From NCBI GenBank assembly GCA_029245675.1, contig JAQWOV010000014.1:1-24000 (forward strand): a stretch of 24,000 bases of DNA. The letters run 5' to 3'. This DNA is from Acidimicrobiales bacterium. Its GTDB lineage: Bacteria > Actinomycetota > Acidimicrobiia > Acidimicrobiales > MedAcidi-G1. The notes below the pieces were generated by a model. That model was given only the letters and a program-made list of their open reading frames with translations. It searched no databases and was not told where the DNA came from. The position numbers and the translations under genes were made by a program. This document shows positions 15,230-24,000 of this stretch, piece by piece. How positions within the stretch are numbered: position 1 is the first letter of the stretch; every line of letters begins with the position of its first letter.

Positions 15230-15841
15230 ATGTTGAGACGCTCATTTAAAAAGAATTCATCTGAATCCAATAGATTCTTAGTCGTTGGCTTAGGTAATCC
15301 AGGCAAAGATTATGACGGGACTCGCCATAACGTTGGAGCTGCTGCAGTTCAAGCACTAGGAATTGCTCATGATTCTCCTCTCAAAAAGTTGAGAGAGCAG
15401 GCGCTTACTAACGAGATATTGATTGATGGCGAAAGAGTCATTCTGGCATTTCCACAAACGTTTATGAATAACTCAGGGCAGTCAGTCTCTGCATTAATGA
15501 GAAAAAATGGTGTCAAAAACCCGGAGAATCTGATTGTCGTCCATGATGAAATGGACATTCCCACTGGCGGTTTACGAATTAAGTCTGGGGGAGGATTAGC
15601 AGGACACAACGGACTTAAATCAATAACTGCTCATTTAAAGACACAAGATTATCTCCGCATACGAATTGGTGTAGGTAAACCGTCTAACAGAAATAAAGGT
15701 GCTAATTACGTACTAAATCGACCGAATAAAGTTGAACAAGAGGAACTTTCAATCGTCATTCAAGAAACAGTCGATGCTATTGAAGCGATAATTAGCGAAG
15801 GCATTGATGTTGCTATGGCAAGATTTAACAGCCGTTCGTGA
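15230..15841 (+). CDS. pth: Peptidyl-tRNA hydrolase
   Basis: 203 aa. Motif VVGLGNPG..Y..TRHNVG. It has a basic N-terminal extension of about 15 aa relative to the usual start. GGAGAGG lies upstream of the ATG. Confidence 0.9.
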   Translation: MLRRSFKKNSSESNRFLVVGLGNPGKDYDGTRHNVGAAAVQALGIAHDSPLKKLREQALTNEILIDGERVILAFPQTFMNNSGQSVSALMRKNGVKNPENLIVVHDEMDIPTGGLRIKSGGGLAGHNGLKSITAHLKTQDYLRIRIGVGKPSNRNKGANYVLNRPNKVEQEELSIVIQETVDAIEAIISEGIDVAMARFNSRS

Positions 15842-18800
15842 TACTCAATCAACTACTTGAGCGTCTCGAGGACGAAAAGGCCCTAGGCAGTCTTTTTGGT
15901 AGGCGAAGCGCGACCTTGGCTGTAGCCGAACCCGCCCGAGCCATCGTTTTAGCATCTCTCATAGAACGAGCGGAACGCCGACCTGTAGTAGTAGCAGTAC
16001 CAACAGGCTCAGAGGCTGAACGTTTGAGTAACGATTTGAAGAACTTCCTTGAACCTTCTGAGGTGGCACTGTTCCCAGCTTGGGAGACGCTTCCTTTCGA
16101 AAGGGTTAGCCCGGCAATAGAAACAATGGGTCGACGAATGCAGATACTTCATCAACTATCTGACCCGGAGACCTGTCCAAAAGTAATTGTTGCTTCAGGA
16201 AAAGCTTTGGTACAGCAAGTAGGACCATATTCAAAGAGAAGAAAACCTTTACAACTAATCCTGAATGAAGAGATTGATCAAAGCGAAGTTATTTCTACTC
16301 TTGTTTCAGTTGGATATAGAAGGGAATATCAAGTTGAACACCGGGGAGAATTTGCTGTTCGAGGATCAATAATCGATCTTTGGCCTTCAACATCTGAAGC
16401 TCCAATCCGAGTAGATCTATGGGGAGATGAGATAGAGAGACTCACAGAGTTCAGCGTAGCTACTCAGCGATCAACTCTTGAATACAAGAAAGTTGAAGTT
16501 TTTCCTTGCAGAGAACTCCTCCCCACAGAAGAAGTAAAAGAGAGGGCGCAGCAACTAATAACGGAACAGCCGTGGGGTCGTGAACAATGGGAACGCTTAA
16601 CAAATGGTGAACTCTTTGATGGGATGGAATCTTGGCTTCCGTGGATTACTCCCCAAGAGCAAGTTCTCTTTGATTTCATCGGAGATAATGGAATCGTAGT
16701 TCTGATCGAACCACAAAGACTTAGAGACAGAATTTTAGATCTCCGTGCTGAAGAAGCAGATCTTGTCGCAGTACTTGCGGATACGTGGGGTGCAGAAAAT
16801 AACGAATTCCCTCAACTTCACACAAAGTGGGATCGCCTTCTTGAACACACTGATTCACCGCGTTGGTCTATAGCTGCTACGCCTGAAGGACCTGAGTCAT
16901 CCATAGTCTCAGCACATGGCTGGAGTCGCTCAGCCGGAGGAGAAGAAAGCGTAGTTCAATCATTATCAAAACTGTTGTCAGATGGTTACCAAGTACTACT
17001 TGTCGCAGATGGAGATGGAACAGCAAATCGGTTGACCGAAAACATGGCAAAAGAAGGTATTGAATTACAGCGATCCTCTGAACCGCCGAATTTTTCAAAC
17101 CCGTCTGGTCAAATAACTGTTGGATCGTTAGAACGAGGTTTTGTACTCACAAATTCCCGACTTGCAGTTATTACAGAGGCAGAACTTACCGGAAGAAGAC
17201 GAACACACCGTCCGAGGGGGCCAAGACGTAAAGCGGCGGTCAGAGTGTTTGAGGATTTGCATCCTGGGGATTACGTAGTTCATGAATTCCATGGAGTTGC
17301 AAAATTCTCAGGTCTTGTAACCCGAACTTTGGGCGGTGTAGAACGCGATTATCTTCTTTTGGAATACCGCGGAGATGACCGCCTGTATCTACCTACCGAC
17401 CAGATTGATGCCATACGCCCCTATACCGGAGGAGATTCTCCAACTCTCAGTCGTATGGGAGGGGCTGATTGGGAACGATCTCGAGCACGAGTTCGTTCTG
17501 CGGCATCAGAAATAGCTCAAGAATTAGTCCTTCTTTACCAAAAACGCATTACGACAAAAGGTCATTCATTTGGACCAGACACTCCTTGGCAGCAAGAAAT
17601 GGAACAATCGTTTCCTTTTCAAGAAACTCCAGATCAGAACTCAGCAATCAAAAGCGTCAAAGAAGATATGGAGAACTCTTTGCCAATGGATCGGCTTGTT
17701 TGCGGAGACGTCGGGTTCGGAAAAACCGAAATAGCGATCAGAGCTGTTTTTAAAGCAGTGCAAGATGGAAAACAGGCAGCGATTCTGGTACCTACAACTC
17801 TCTTAGCGCAGCAGCATGGACAGACATTTGCTGATCGATTTGCACCATATCCAATAAGAGTTGAGGTGCTGAGCCGATTCCTTACCGCCGCTGAATCACG
17901 AAGAGTAATCAGAGATATTGAAAATGGAACTGTTGATGTGGTGATCGGTACTCATCGTTTGTTGTCGGGTGATGTGAAATTTCAGAAACTAGGGCTTCTA
18001 GTTGTAGACGAAGAGCAGCGTTTTGGCGTTACACATAAAGAAGCAATAAAACAGATAAAGAGTAATGTTGATGTGCTTACCCTGACAGCAACTCCGATTC
18101 CAAGAACATTAGAAATGTCACTAACAGGGATACGAGACCTAAGCCTTCTTAATACTCCGCCTGCTGATCGCCAACCGATACTCACTTATGTCGGTGAATA
18201 TGATGAACGTGCCGCTGTTGAAGCAATACGAAGAGAACTCCTAAGAGAAGGTCAAGTCTTTTTTGTTCACAACCGGGTAGCCGACATAGAACAAGTTGCC
18301 GGAGGGCTAAAAGAGCTTGTACCTGAAGCACGAATAGCTGTAGCCCATGGTCAGATGGAGGAGTCTGCACTGGAATCTGTAGTTCTTGATTTCTGGGAAG
18401 GCATTTACGACGTTTTGGTTTGTACGACAATCATTGAATCAGGTATTGATATGCCGACGGTTAATACTCTTGTAGTAGATCGAGCAGATTTACTTGGATT
18501 AGGCCAAATGCATCAGTTAAGAGGACGCGTGGGGAGAGCAGGGCAACGCGCTTACGCTTATTTATTCACCCCTACTGACAGGTCTCTCTCAGAAGAAGCG
18601 TATGAACGACTTAGAACCATTGGAGAAACAACAGAACTTGGGTCTGGATTTCGGATAGCTATGCGAGACTTAGAGATAAGAGGCGCTGGAAACATTTTAG
18701 GAACAGGGCAAAGTGGACATATCGCAGCAGTGGGTTATGACCTGTATTGCCAGATGGTTACAGAGGCTGTAGCGGAACTTACCGGAAAAATTTCTGAGAA

Positions 18801-19320
18801 GCCTCTAGAGATACGCGTTGAGATACCTGTTGATGCACATCTACCGAAAGATTATGTTTCAAGAAGTGATCTTCGTCTTGAGGCGTACCGTCGCTTAGCT
18901 GCTGCAGGAATCAACTCGGAAATAGAAAGTGTTGATGAGGTACAAGCCGAGTGGGAAGACCGGTATGGTCCAGTTCCAGATCCCGCTATGGCTCTCTTAG
19001 CGGTGGGAAGATTACGTGCTCTTTGTTCCCAGTTAGGAATATCTGAAGTTATTGTTTCTCGAGTTCCAGGCGGGTTCAATCCGGGAAAAACAGAATACAT
19101 AGCACGATGCTCTCCTGTAGATCTGCCTCTTAGCCGACAAGCACGTTTACAACGACTATTTGAAGGATCAATCTATAAAACTGATCAGAAGGTTTTACAT
19201 CTTCCAATACCACAACCTCTAGATGAAGGAACCCCAGGCGAATTAGCGATCAAATTATCAGAAATGCTTAAAGATCTTGTTCCGACCGCTGATTTGGCTG
19301 ATTCTCCCATAACCTCCTAG
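15838..19320 (+). CDS. mfd: Transcription-repair coupling factor
   Basis: 1160 aa. CarD/RNAP-interacting domain (GDYVVHEFHGVAKF), SF2 ATPase Walker A GDVGFGKTE, DEEQRFG, a helicase C domain and the TRG region. The GTG start overlaps the pth stop (GTGA). Confidence 0.95.
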   Translation: MILNQLLERLEDEKALGSLFGRRSATLAVAEPARAIVLASLIERAERRPVVVAVPTGSEAERLSNDLKNFLEPSEVALFPAWETLPFERVSPAIETMGRRMQILHQLSDPETCPKVIVASGKALVQQVGPYSKRRKPLQLILNEEIDQSEVISTLVSVGYRREYQVEHRGEFAVRGSIIDLWPSTSEAPIRVDLWGDEIERLTEFSVATQRSTLEYKKVEVFPCRELLPTEEVKERAQQLITEQPWGREQWERLTNGELFDGMESWLPWITPQEQVLFDFIGDNGIVVLIEPQRLRDRILDLRAEEADLVAVLADTWGAENNEFPQLHTKWDRLLEHTDSPRWSIAATPEGPESSIVSAHGWSRSAGGEESVVQSLSKLLSDGYQVLLVADGDGTANRLTENMAKEGIELQRSSEPPNFSNPSGQITVGSLERGFVLTNSRLAVITEAELTGRRRTHRPRGPRRKAAVRVFEDLHPGDYVVHEFHGVAKFSGLVTRTLGGVERDYLLLEYRGDDRLYLPTDQIDAIRPYTGGDSPTLSRMGGADWERSRARVRSAASEIAQELVLLYQKRITTKGHSFGPDTPWQQEMEQSFPFQETPDQNSAIKSVKEDMENSLPMDRLVCGDVGFGKTEIAIRAVFKAVQDGKQAAILVPTTLLAQQHGQTFADRFAPYPIRVEVLSRFLTAAESRRVIRDIENGTVDVVIGTHRLLSGDVKFQKLGLLVVDEEQRFGVTHKEAIKQIKSNVDVLTLTATPIPRTLEMSLTGIRDLSLLNTPPADRQPILTYVGEYDERAAVEAIRRELLREGQVFFVHNRVADIEQVAGGLKELVPEARIAVAHGQMEESALESVVLDFWEGIYDVLVCTTIIESGIDMPTVNTLVVDRADLLGLGQMHQLRGRVGRAGQRAYAYLFTPTDRSLSEEAYERLRTIGETTELGSGFRIAMRDLEIRGAGNILGTGQSGHIAAVGYDLYCQMVTEAVAELTGKISEKPLEIRVEIPVDAHLPKDYVSRSDLRLEAYRRLAAAGINSEIESVDEVQAEWEDRYGPVPDPAMALLAVGRLRALCSQLGISEVIVSRVPGGFNPGKTEYIARCSPVDLPLSRQARLQRLFEGSIYKTDQKVLHLPIPQPLDEGTPGELAIKLSEMLKDLVPTADLADSPITS

Positions 19321-19323
19321 ACG

Positions 19324-20202
19324 ATGAAAACTTTTTTCCGATTTTTAGTCATAAGTGCTTTGCTCGTTGTTTCTGCTTGTGGATCATCGAGTAATGCTAT
19401 TGAAGTTGGACGGGTCTCTCTTGATCGAGAGACCTTGAATGACTGGATTAACGAACGCGGTTATTACGGAGATGCTGATGCTGTAGAAAATCTTGATATC
19501 TCTTTGGGAGTGATTCAGCAACTCATTGAATTCGAAGCTTTAGCTGACCTTCTCGCTGATTATGAAGTAGTTCCCTCTAAAACCGATCTCGAACTTGCTG
19601 AAGAACAATTATTAGAAAACGGTTTCGAATCGGATTCTCCAGTTCTAGAACGACTCAAAGTTTGGCAATCCACTTTGAATTTGGCGAATCAGTTTGGGTC
19701 CGGGGTTCAGGCAGCCTATGAAGAGCATGCTCATCTAGCGGGTCATGATCTATGCACAAGTCATATTCTTGTTTCGACTCGACAAGAAGCCGAAGGGTTA
19801 ATCAATTCGCTTGACGACGGAGCAAACTTCTCTGAATTAGCGGTCACCTTTTCGCAAGATCCCGGTTCGGGAAGTCAGGGCGGAGATCTTGGTTGTGTAA
19901 CAACAGGAGCTTTTGTTCCAGAGTTTGAACGAGCAGTCCTTGGCGCTCTTCAACAATTGGAAGTAGTCCCTGAAGAAACCGTAATAGGTCCAGTTCAAAG
20001 TCAATTCGGGTTTCACATTATTCGAATTGATGAAGTAAAACCTGTTGATCCTCCATCTTTTGAAGAAGCAGGACAAAAGGCACTTCAACAACTGGTTGAA
20101 TTTGCAACTATGACTCGCTCTATTTCTCTTGACGCGAGATACGGAAGCTGGGATCCAGTTATTGGGAAAGTAAACCCTCCATCCGGTCCAACTATTAATT
20201 AA
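19324..20202 (+). CDS. Parvulin-type peptidyl-prolyl cis-trans isomerase lipoprotein (SurA/PrsA-like)
   Basis: 292 aa. Signal peptide with lipobox VVSA|C. PpiC/parvulin domain (SHILV...FSELAVTFSQDPGS..GGDLG....FGFHIIRI). Confidence 0.8.
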   Translation: MKTFFRFLVISALLVVSACGSSSNAIEVGRVSLDRETLNDWINERGYYGDADAVENLDISLGVIQQLIEFEALADLLADYEVVPSKTDLELAEEQLLENGFESDSPVLERLKVWQSTLNLANQFGSGVQAAYEEHAHLAGHDLCTSHILVSTRQEAEGLINSLDDGANFSELAVTFSQDPGSGSQGGDLGCVTTGAFVPEFERAVLGALQQLEVVPEETVIGPVQSQFGFHIIRIDEVKPVDPPSFEEAGQKALQQLVEFATMTRSISLDARYGSWDPVIGKVNPPSGPTIN

Positions 20203-20207
20203 TTGGG

Positions 20208-20888
20208 ATGACAGACAAACGGACGGACTCTTTAGAGCAACTCATCGTTCTAATGGATCAATTACGTTTAGAGTGCCCATGGGATGCAAAACAAACTCAC
20301 ACGTCTCTTCGCTCTCATCTCCTAGAAGAAACTTATGAGGTCCTAGAAGCACTTGATGCAATGGATGAAGAGACAGGAGAGGGTTCAGAGCACCTACAGG
20401 AAGAACTTGGAGACCTTTTACTTCATATCGTTTTTCATGCTCGCATTGCAGAAGATCTTGAGCAGTTCACCCTAGAAGATGTCGCAACTCAGATTACGGA
20501 AAAACTGATTCACCGGCATCCCCATGTGTTCCCACCAGAAGGTGAAGATAGCGAAGAACCGGTTGATGTTGAACGGATGGTTTCTACATGGGAGCAAATA
20601 AAGAAAAAGGAAAAAAATCGATCTTCTGTTTTTGATGGGATACCGGCTACTTTGCCTTCGTTAGCAAGAGCCTCAAAAGTTGTTCGTAAGTCATCAATTC
20701 TTGGTTTCAACCCATCATTACCGGACTTGCATTTAGAAACAGAAGAGGATCTTGGAGAAATCTTACTCGGGCTAGTTGAGTGGGCTCGACAACACGACGT
20801 AGATCCAGAAGGCGCCTTACGGGTCACCGTTGAACAGTATGTTGCAAAGATGAGAGTCTTAGAACAAGAGAACAACTCAGAGTTTTAA
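20208..20888 (+). CDS. mazG: Nucleoside triphosphate pyrophosphohydrolase MazG
   Basis: 226 aa. Motifs ECPWD..QTH.SL...LEETYE and EELGDLLLHIVFH. The mfd-mazG-eno order matches Mtb Rv1020-1023. Confidence 0.9.
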   Translation: MTDKRTDSLEQLIVLMDQLRLECPWDAKQTHTSLRSHLLEETYEVLEALDAMDEETGEGSEHLQEELGDLLLHIVFHARIAEDLEQFTLEDVATQITEKLIHRHPHVFPPEGEDSEEPVDVERMVSTWEQIKKKEKNRSSVFDGIPATLPSLARASKVVRKSSILGFNPSLPDLHLETEEDLGEILLGLVEWARQHDVDPEGALRVTVEQYVAKMRVLEQENNSEF

Positions 20889-20987
20889 GCGCCAAGCAAT
20901 CAGGGGTAAATGGACTAGTCTTTTACTTGAAGATAAATGACTGTCAATTTGATTCTTGCATTAAATAAAGCCATTGAAGGCCGGTGA

Positions 20988-22282
<1,295 letters not shown>

Positions 22283-22283
<1 letters not shown>

Positions 22284-22600
22284 TGTCAGCACGCTTTTTA
22301 TTTCCAATCGGAGCAGTGGTTGTAATTGTAGGAATTATTTTGGCTTTCGGTATAGACCCATTTAGTGACTGGCTGGACCAAAGATCTGATTCAACCTCTC
22401 TTCAATCTCAAGTAGAAGAAGTGGAGAGAAGAAACAAAGAGTATGAGTTGCAGATTGATGCATTAAATACAGATGAAGAAATAGAACGCAGAGCTCGAGA
22501 AGAATACAACTTAGTTCGACCTGAGGAAGAGGCTTACGCCGTTTTGCCCCCTCCTCCCGCGGCGCATCGAATTAAAGGGGTGTGGCCGTTTAATAATTAA
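22283..22600 (+). CDS. ftsB: Septum formation initiator family protein (FtsB/DivIC-like)
   Basis: 105 aa. One N-terminal TM helix, a coiled coil, and the conserved EEIERRAREEYNLVRPEE block. It lies directly downstream of eno (TAATG overlap), as in Mtb Rv1024. Confidence 0.8.
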
Positions 22601-22712
22601 AAATCAGTCCGGGCTCGGTCACTGAAGCCTCTAACTATTAAGATTTCTTTCCGGTAGACAGATCTGATTACGAGAGCCGATTCATCAATATTCATAGTTT
22701 GAAGGGCATGTT

Positions 22713-24000
22713 ATGAGCATTTTAGGAAATAGAGTTCTACGTCGTGAAGACCCCGCATTTCTGACCGTCGGAGCCAAATACACCGCTGATTTAGATTCTC
22801 CACTTCTCAACAATGCAGCAATGGTGACCTACGTGCGCTCAACGATGGCACACGCAAAGATATCAATTGATGCAAGTGAAGCTAAAGACATGCCCGGAGT
22901 TCTCGCAGTATTAGTAGCAGAAGATCTAGACGGTCCGAAAATACTTGCGGGCGGTAATCCGGCTTTCCCCAAACCAATGCTTAATCGACCAATTTTGGCT
23001 ATCGATACAGTTCGTTTCGTCGGAGAATGCGTTGCAGTTATTGTGAGCGAGACATCAGAACAAGGAGCAGATGCTGCAGAATCAGTTTTTGTTGACTATG
23101 AACCACTCCCAGTAGTAGTTGATATGGAAGAAGCGCGCACCGACAATGTCTTGATTTACGAAGAAGTCGGAACAAACGTAGTTTTTGATTTTTCCACAAA
23201 CGGTATGGCTACTGGGATTACAGATGAATCATTTTTCTCATCGTGTGATGTAGTTGTATCTGGACGGGTTGGTCATCAACGAACAGCAGCGGCGCCACTT
23301 GAAGTGCGTTCAACTGCTGCAGCTTGGGACGAAGACAAGTTGGTCTTCTGGACATCAAATCAGGGGCCACAAGGAGTCAAAGGCAGTCTTGAATCTTTCT
23401 ATGGAGATCAAGCAACAGGAGGCGTTCAGGTAATTATTCCCGACGTTGGGGGCGGATTCGGAGCAAAAATATCTCCATATCCAGAAGATATTCTTCTTCC
23501 ATGGCTAGCTAAGCAAGTAGGAAGACCTGTCCGTTGGTTTGAAACCCGCACAGAAAACATGCTTGCTATGGGCCCTGGACGAGCACACGTTCATCAGTTC
23601 ACTCTCGGAGGAAGCAAGGATGGAAAACTTTCTCACTATCGTCTTGAAGTATTAGTTGATTCTGGGGCTTACGCTCGTCTCGGAGCGTTTCTTCCAATGT
23701 TCACACTTCCAATGGCAGTGGGCGTATACGAAATTGAGAATGTAGAAACTGATGCAATTACGGTAGTTACAAATACCACTCCTACTGAGGCTTATCGAGG
23801 AGCAGGCAGGCCTGAAGCAACCCTAACGATTGAAAGAGCAGTTGAACTCTGGGCTGCCGAAGCTGGTATAGACCCGATAGAAGTAAGGCGGAAAAATTTT
23901 CTTGCAGCAGACTCCTTCCCAGTGACGACAGGCGTGGGGACGGTATATGACAGTGGCGACTACGAACGAAGTCTTGATCTCGCTCTTGAAGCAGCAGGGT
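22713..24000 (+). CDS. Xanthine dehydrogenase/CO dehydrogenase family molybdopterin-binding large subunit, form II CoxL-like (5' part, runs off the right edge)
   Basis: Absent from the ORF track because there is no stop within the window. I translated it by hand from the ATG at 22713 to the window end and found no stops. It begins MSILGNRVLRREDPAFLTVGAKYTADL and contains DVGGGFGAK. The active-site loop AYRGAGR is at 23790-23810. Confidence 0.85.
   Translation, partial: MSILGNRVLRREDPAFLTVGAKYTADLDSPLLNNAAMVTYVRSTMAHAKISIDASEAKDMPGVLAVLVAEDLDGPKILAGGNPAFPKPMLNRPILAIDTVRFVGECVAVIVSETSEQGADAAESVFVDYEPLPVVVDMEEARTDNVLIYEEVGTNVVFDFSTNGMATGITDESFFSSCDVVVSGRVGHQRTAAAPLEVRSTAAAWDEDKLVFWTSNQGPQGVKGSLESFYGDQATGGVQVIIPDVGGGFGAKISPYPEDILLPWLAKQVGRPVRWFETRTENMLAMGPGRAHVHQFTLGGSKDGKLSHYRLEVLVDSGAYARLGAFLPMFTLPMAVGVYEIENVETDAITVVTNTTPTEAYRGAGRPEATLTIERAVELWAAEAGIDPIEVRRKNFLAADSFPVTTGVGTVYDSGDYERSLDLALEAAG

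Noticed and set aside
304-20875. Nested antisense or off-frame track ORFs of 60-121 aa (for example 304-486+, 1212-1406-, 2695-3060-, 4174-4500-, 5079-5282-, 5374-5625-, 5658-5855-, 7327-7596-, 8160-8447-, 9153-9434-, 10816-11046-, 11421-11687+, 14994-15245-, 15367-15609-, 17469-17753+, 18182-18430-, 19837-20091-, 20510-20875-)
   Set aside because: Each lies wholly or largely inside a confidently identified conserved gene on the other strand or in another frame. Their composition is odd (Ser/Arg/Cys-rich, low complexity), and they have no recognisable motifs or ribosome-binding sites.

Overview
This window is a gene-dense, almost entirely plus-strand stretch of an actinobacterial-type chromosome with moderately low GC (judged by eye, not computed). 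Gene overlaps of 1-11 nt are frequent. It carries the housekeeping synteny known from Mycobacterium and Streptomyces: ychF, rsmI, metG, tatD, rpf, rsmA(ksgA), ispE, then prs, rplY, pth, mfd, a parvulin lipoprotein, mazG, eno and ftsB/divIC. Three genes absent from the ORF track were found by hand: the Actinobacteria-specific micro ribosomal proteins bL37 (681-770, -) and bS22 (11084-11182, -), and a tRNA-Gln(UUG) (11292-11364). CDS fragments open at both window edges were also missed by the track: a lipoprotein N-terminus (1-108, -) and a form-II CoxL-like molybdoenzyme (22713 to the end). Two accessory pockets interrupt the core synteny. The first is a translationally coupled three-gene oxidoreductase cassette (8012-11058) made of an aldo/keto reductase, a Gfo/Idh/MocA enzyme and an SsuD-like flavin monooxygenase. 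The second lies next to tRNA-Gln and holds a repeat-built, acidic, Cys/Trp-rich lipoprotein of unrecognised family (11427-12380, -) divergent from a PhyH-type dioxygenase (12487-13347). I found no mobile elements, integrases, CRISPR arrays, toxin-antitoxin pairs or recognisable defence genes, and every intergenic gap is under 180 nt. The two accessory pockets are the best candidates for undescribed biology. Both functional proposals are inference, and neither pocket is demonstrably a 'system'.
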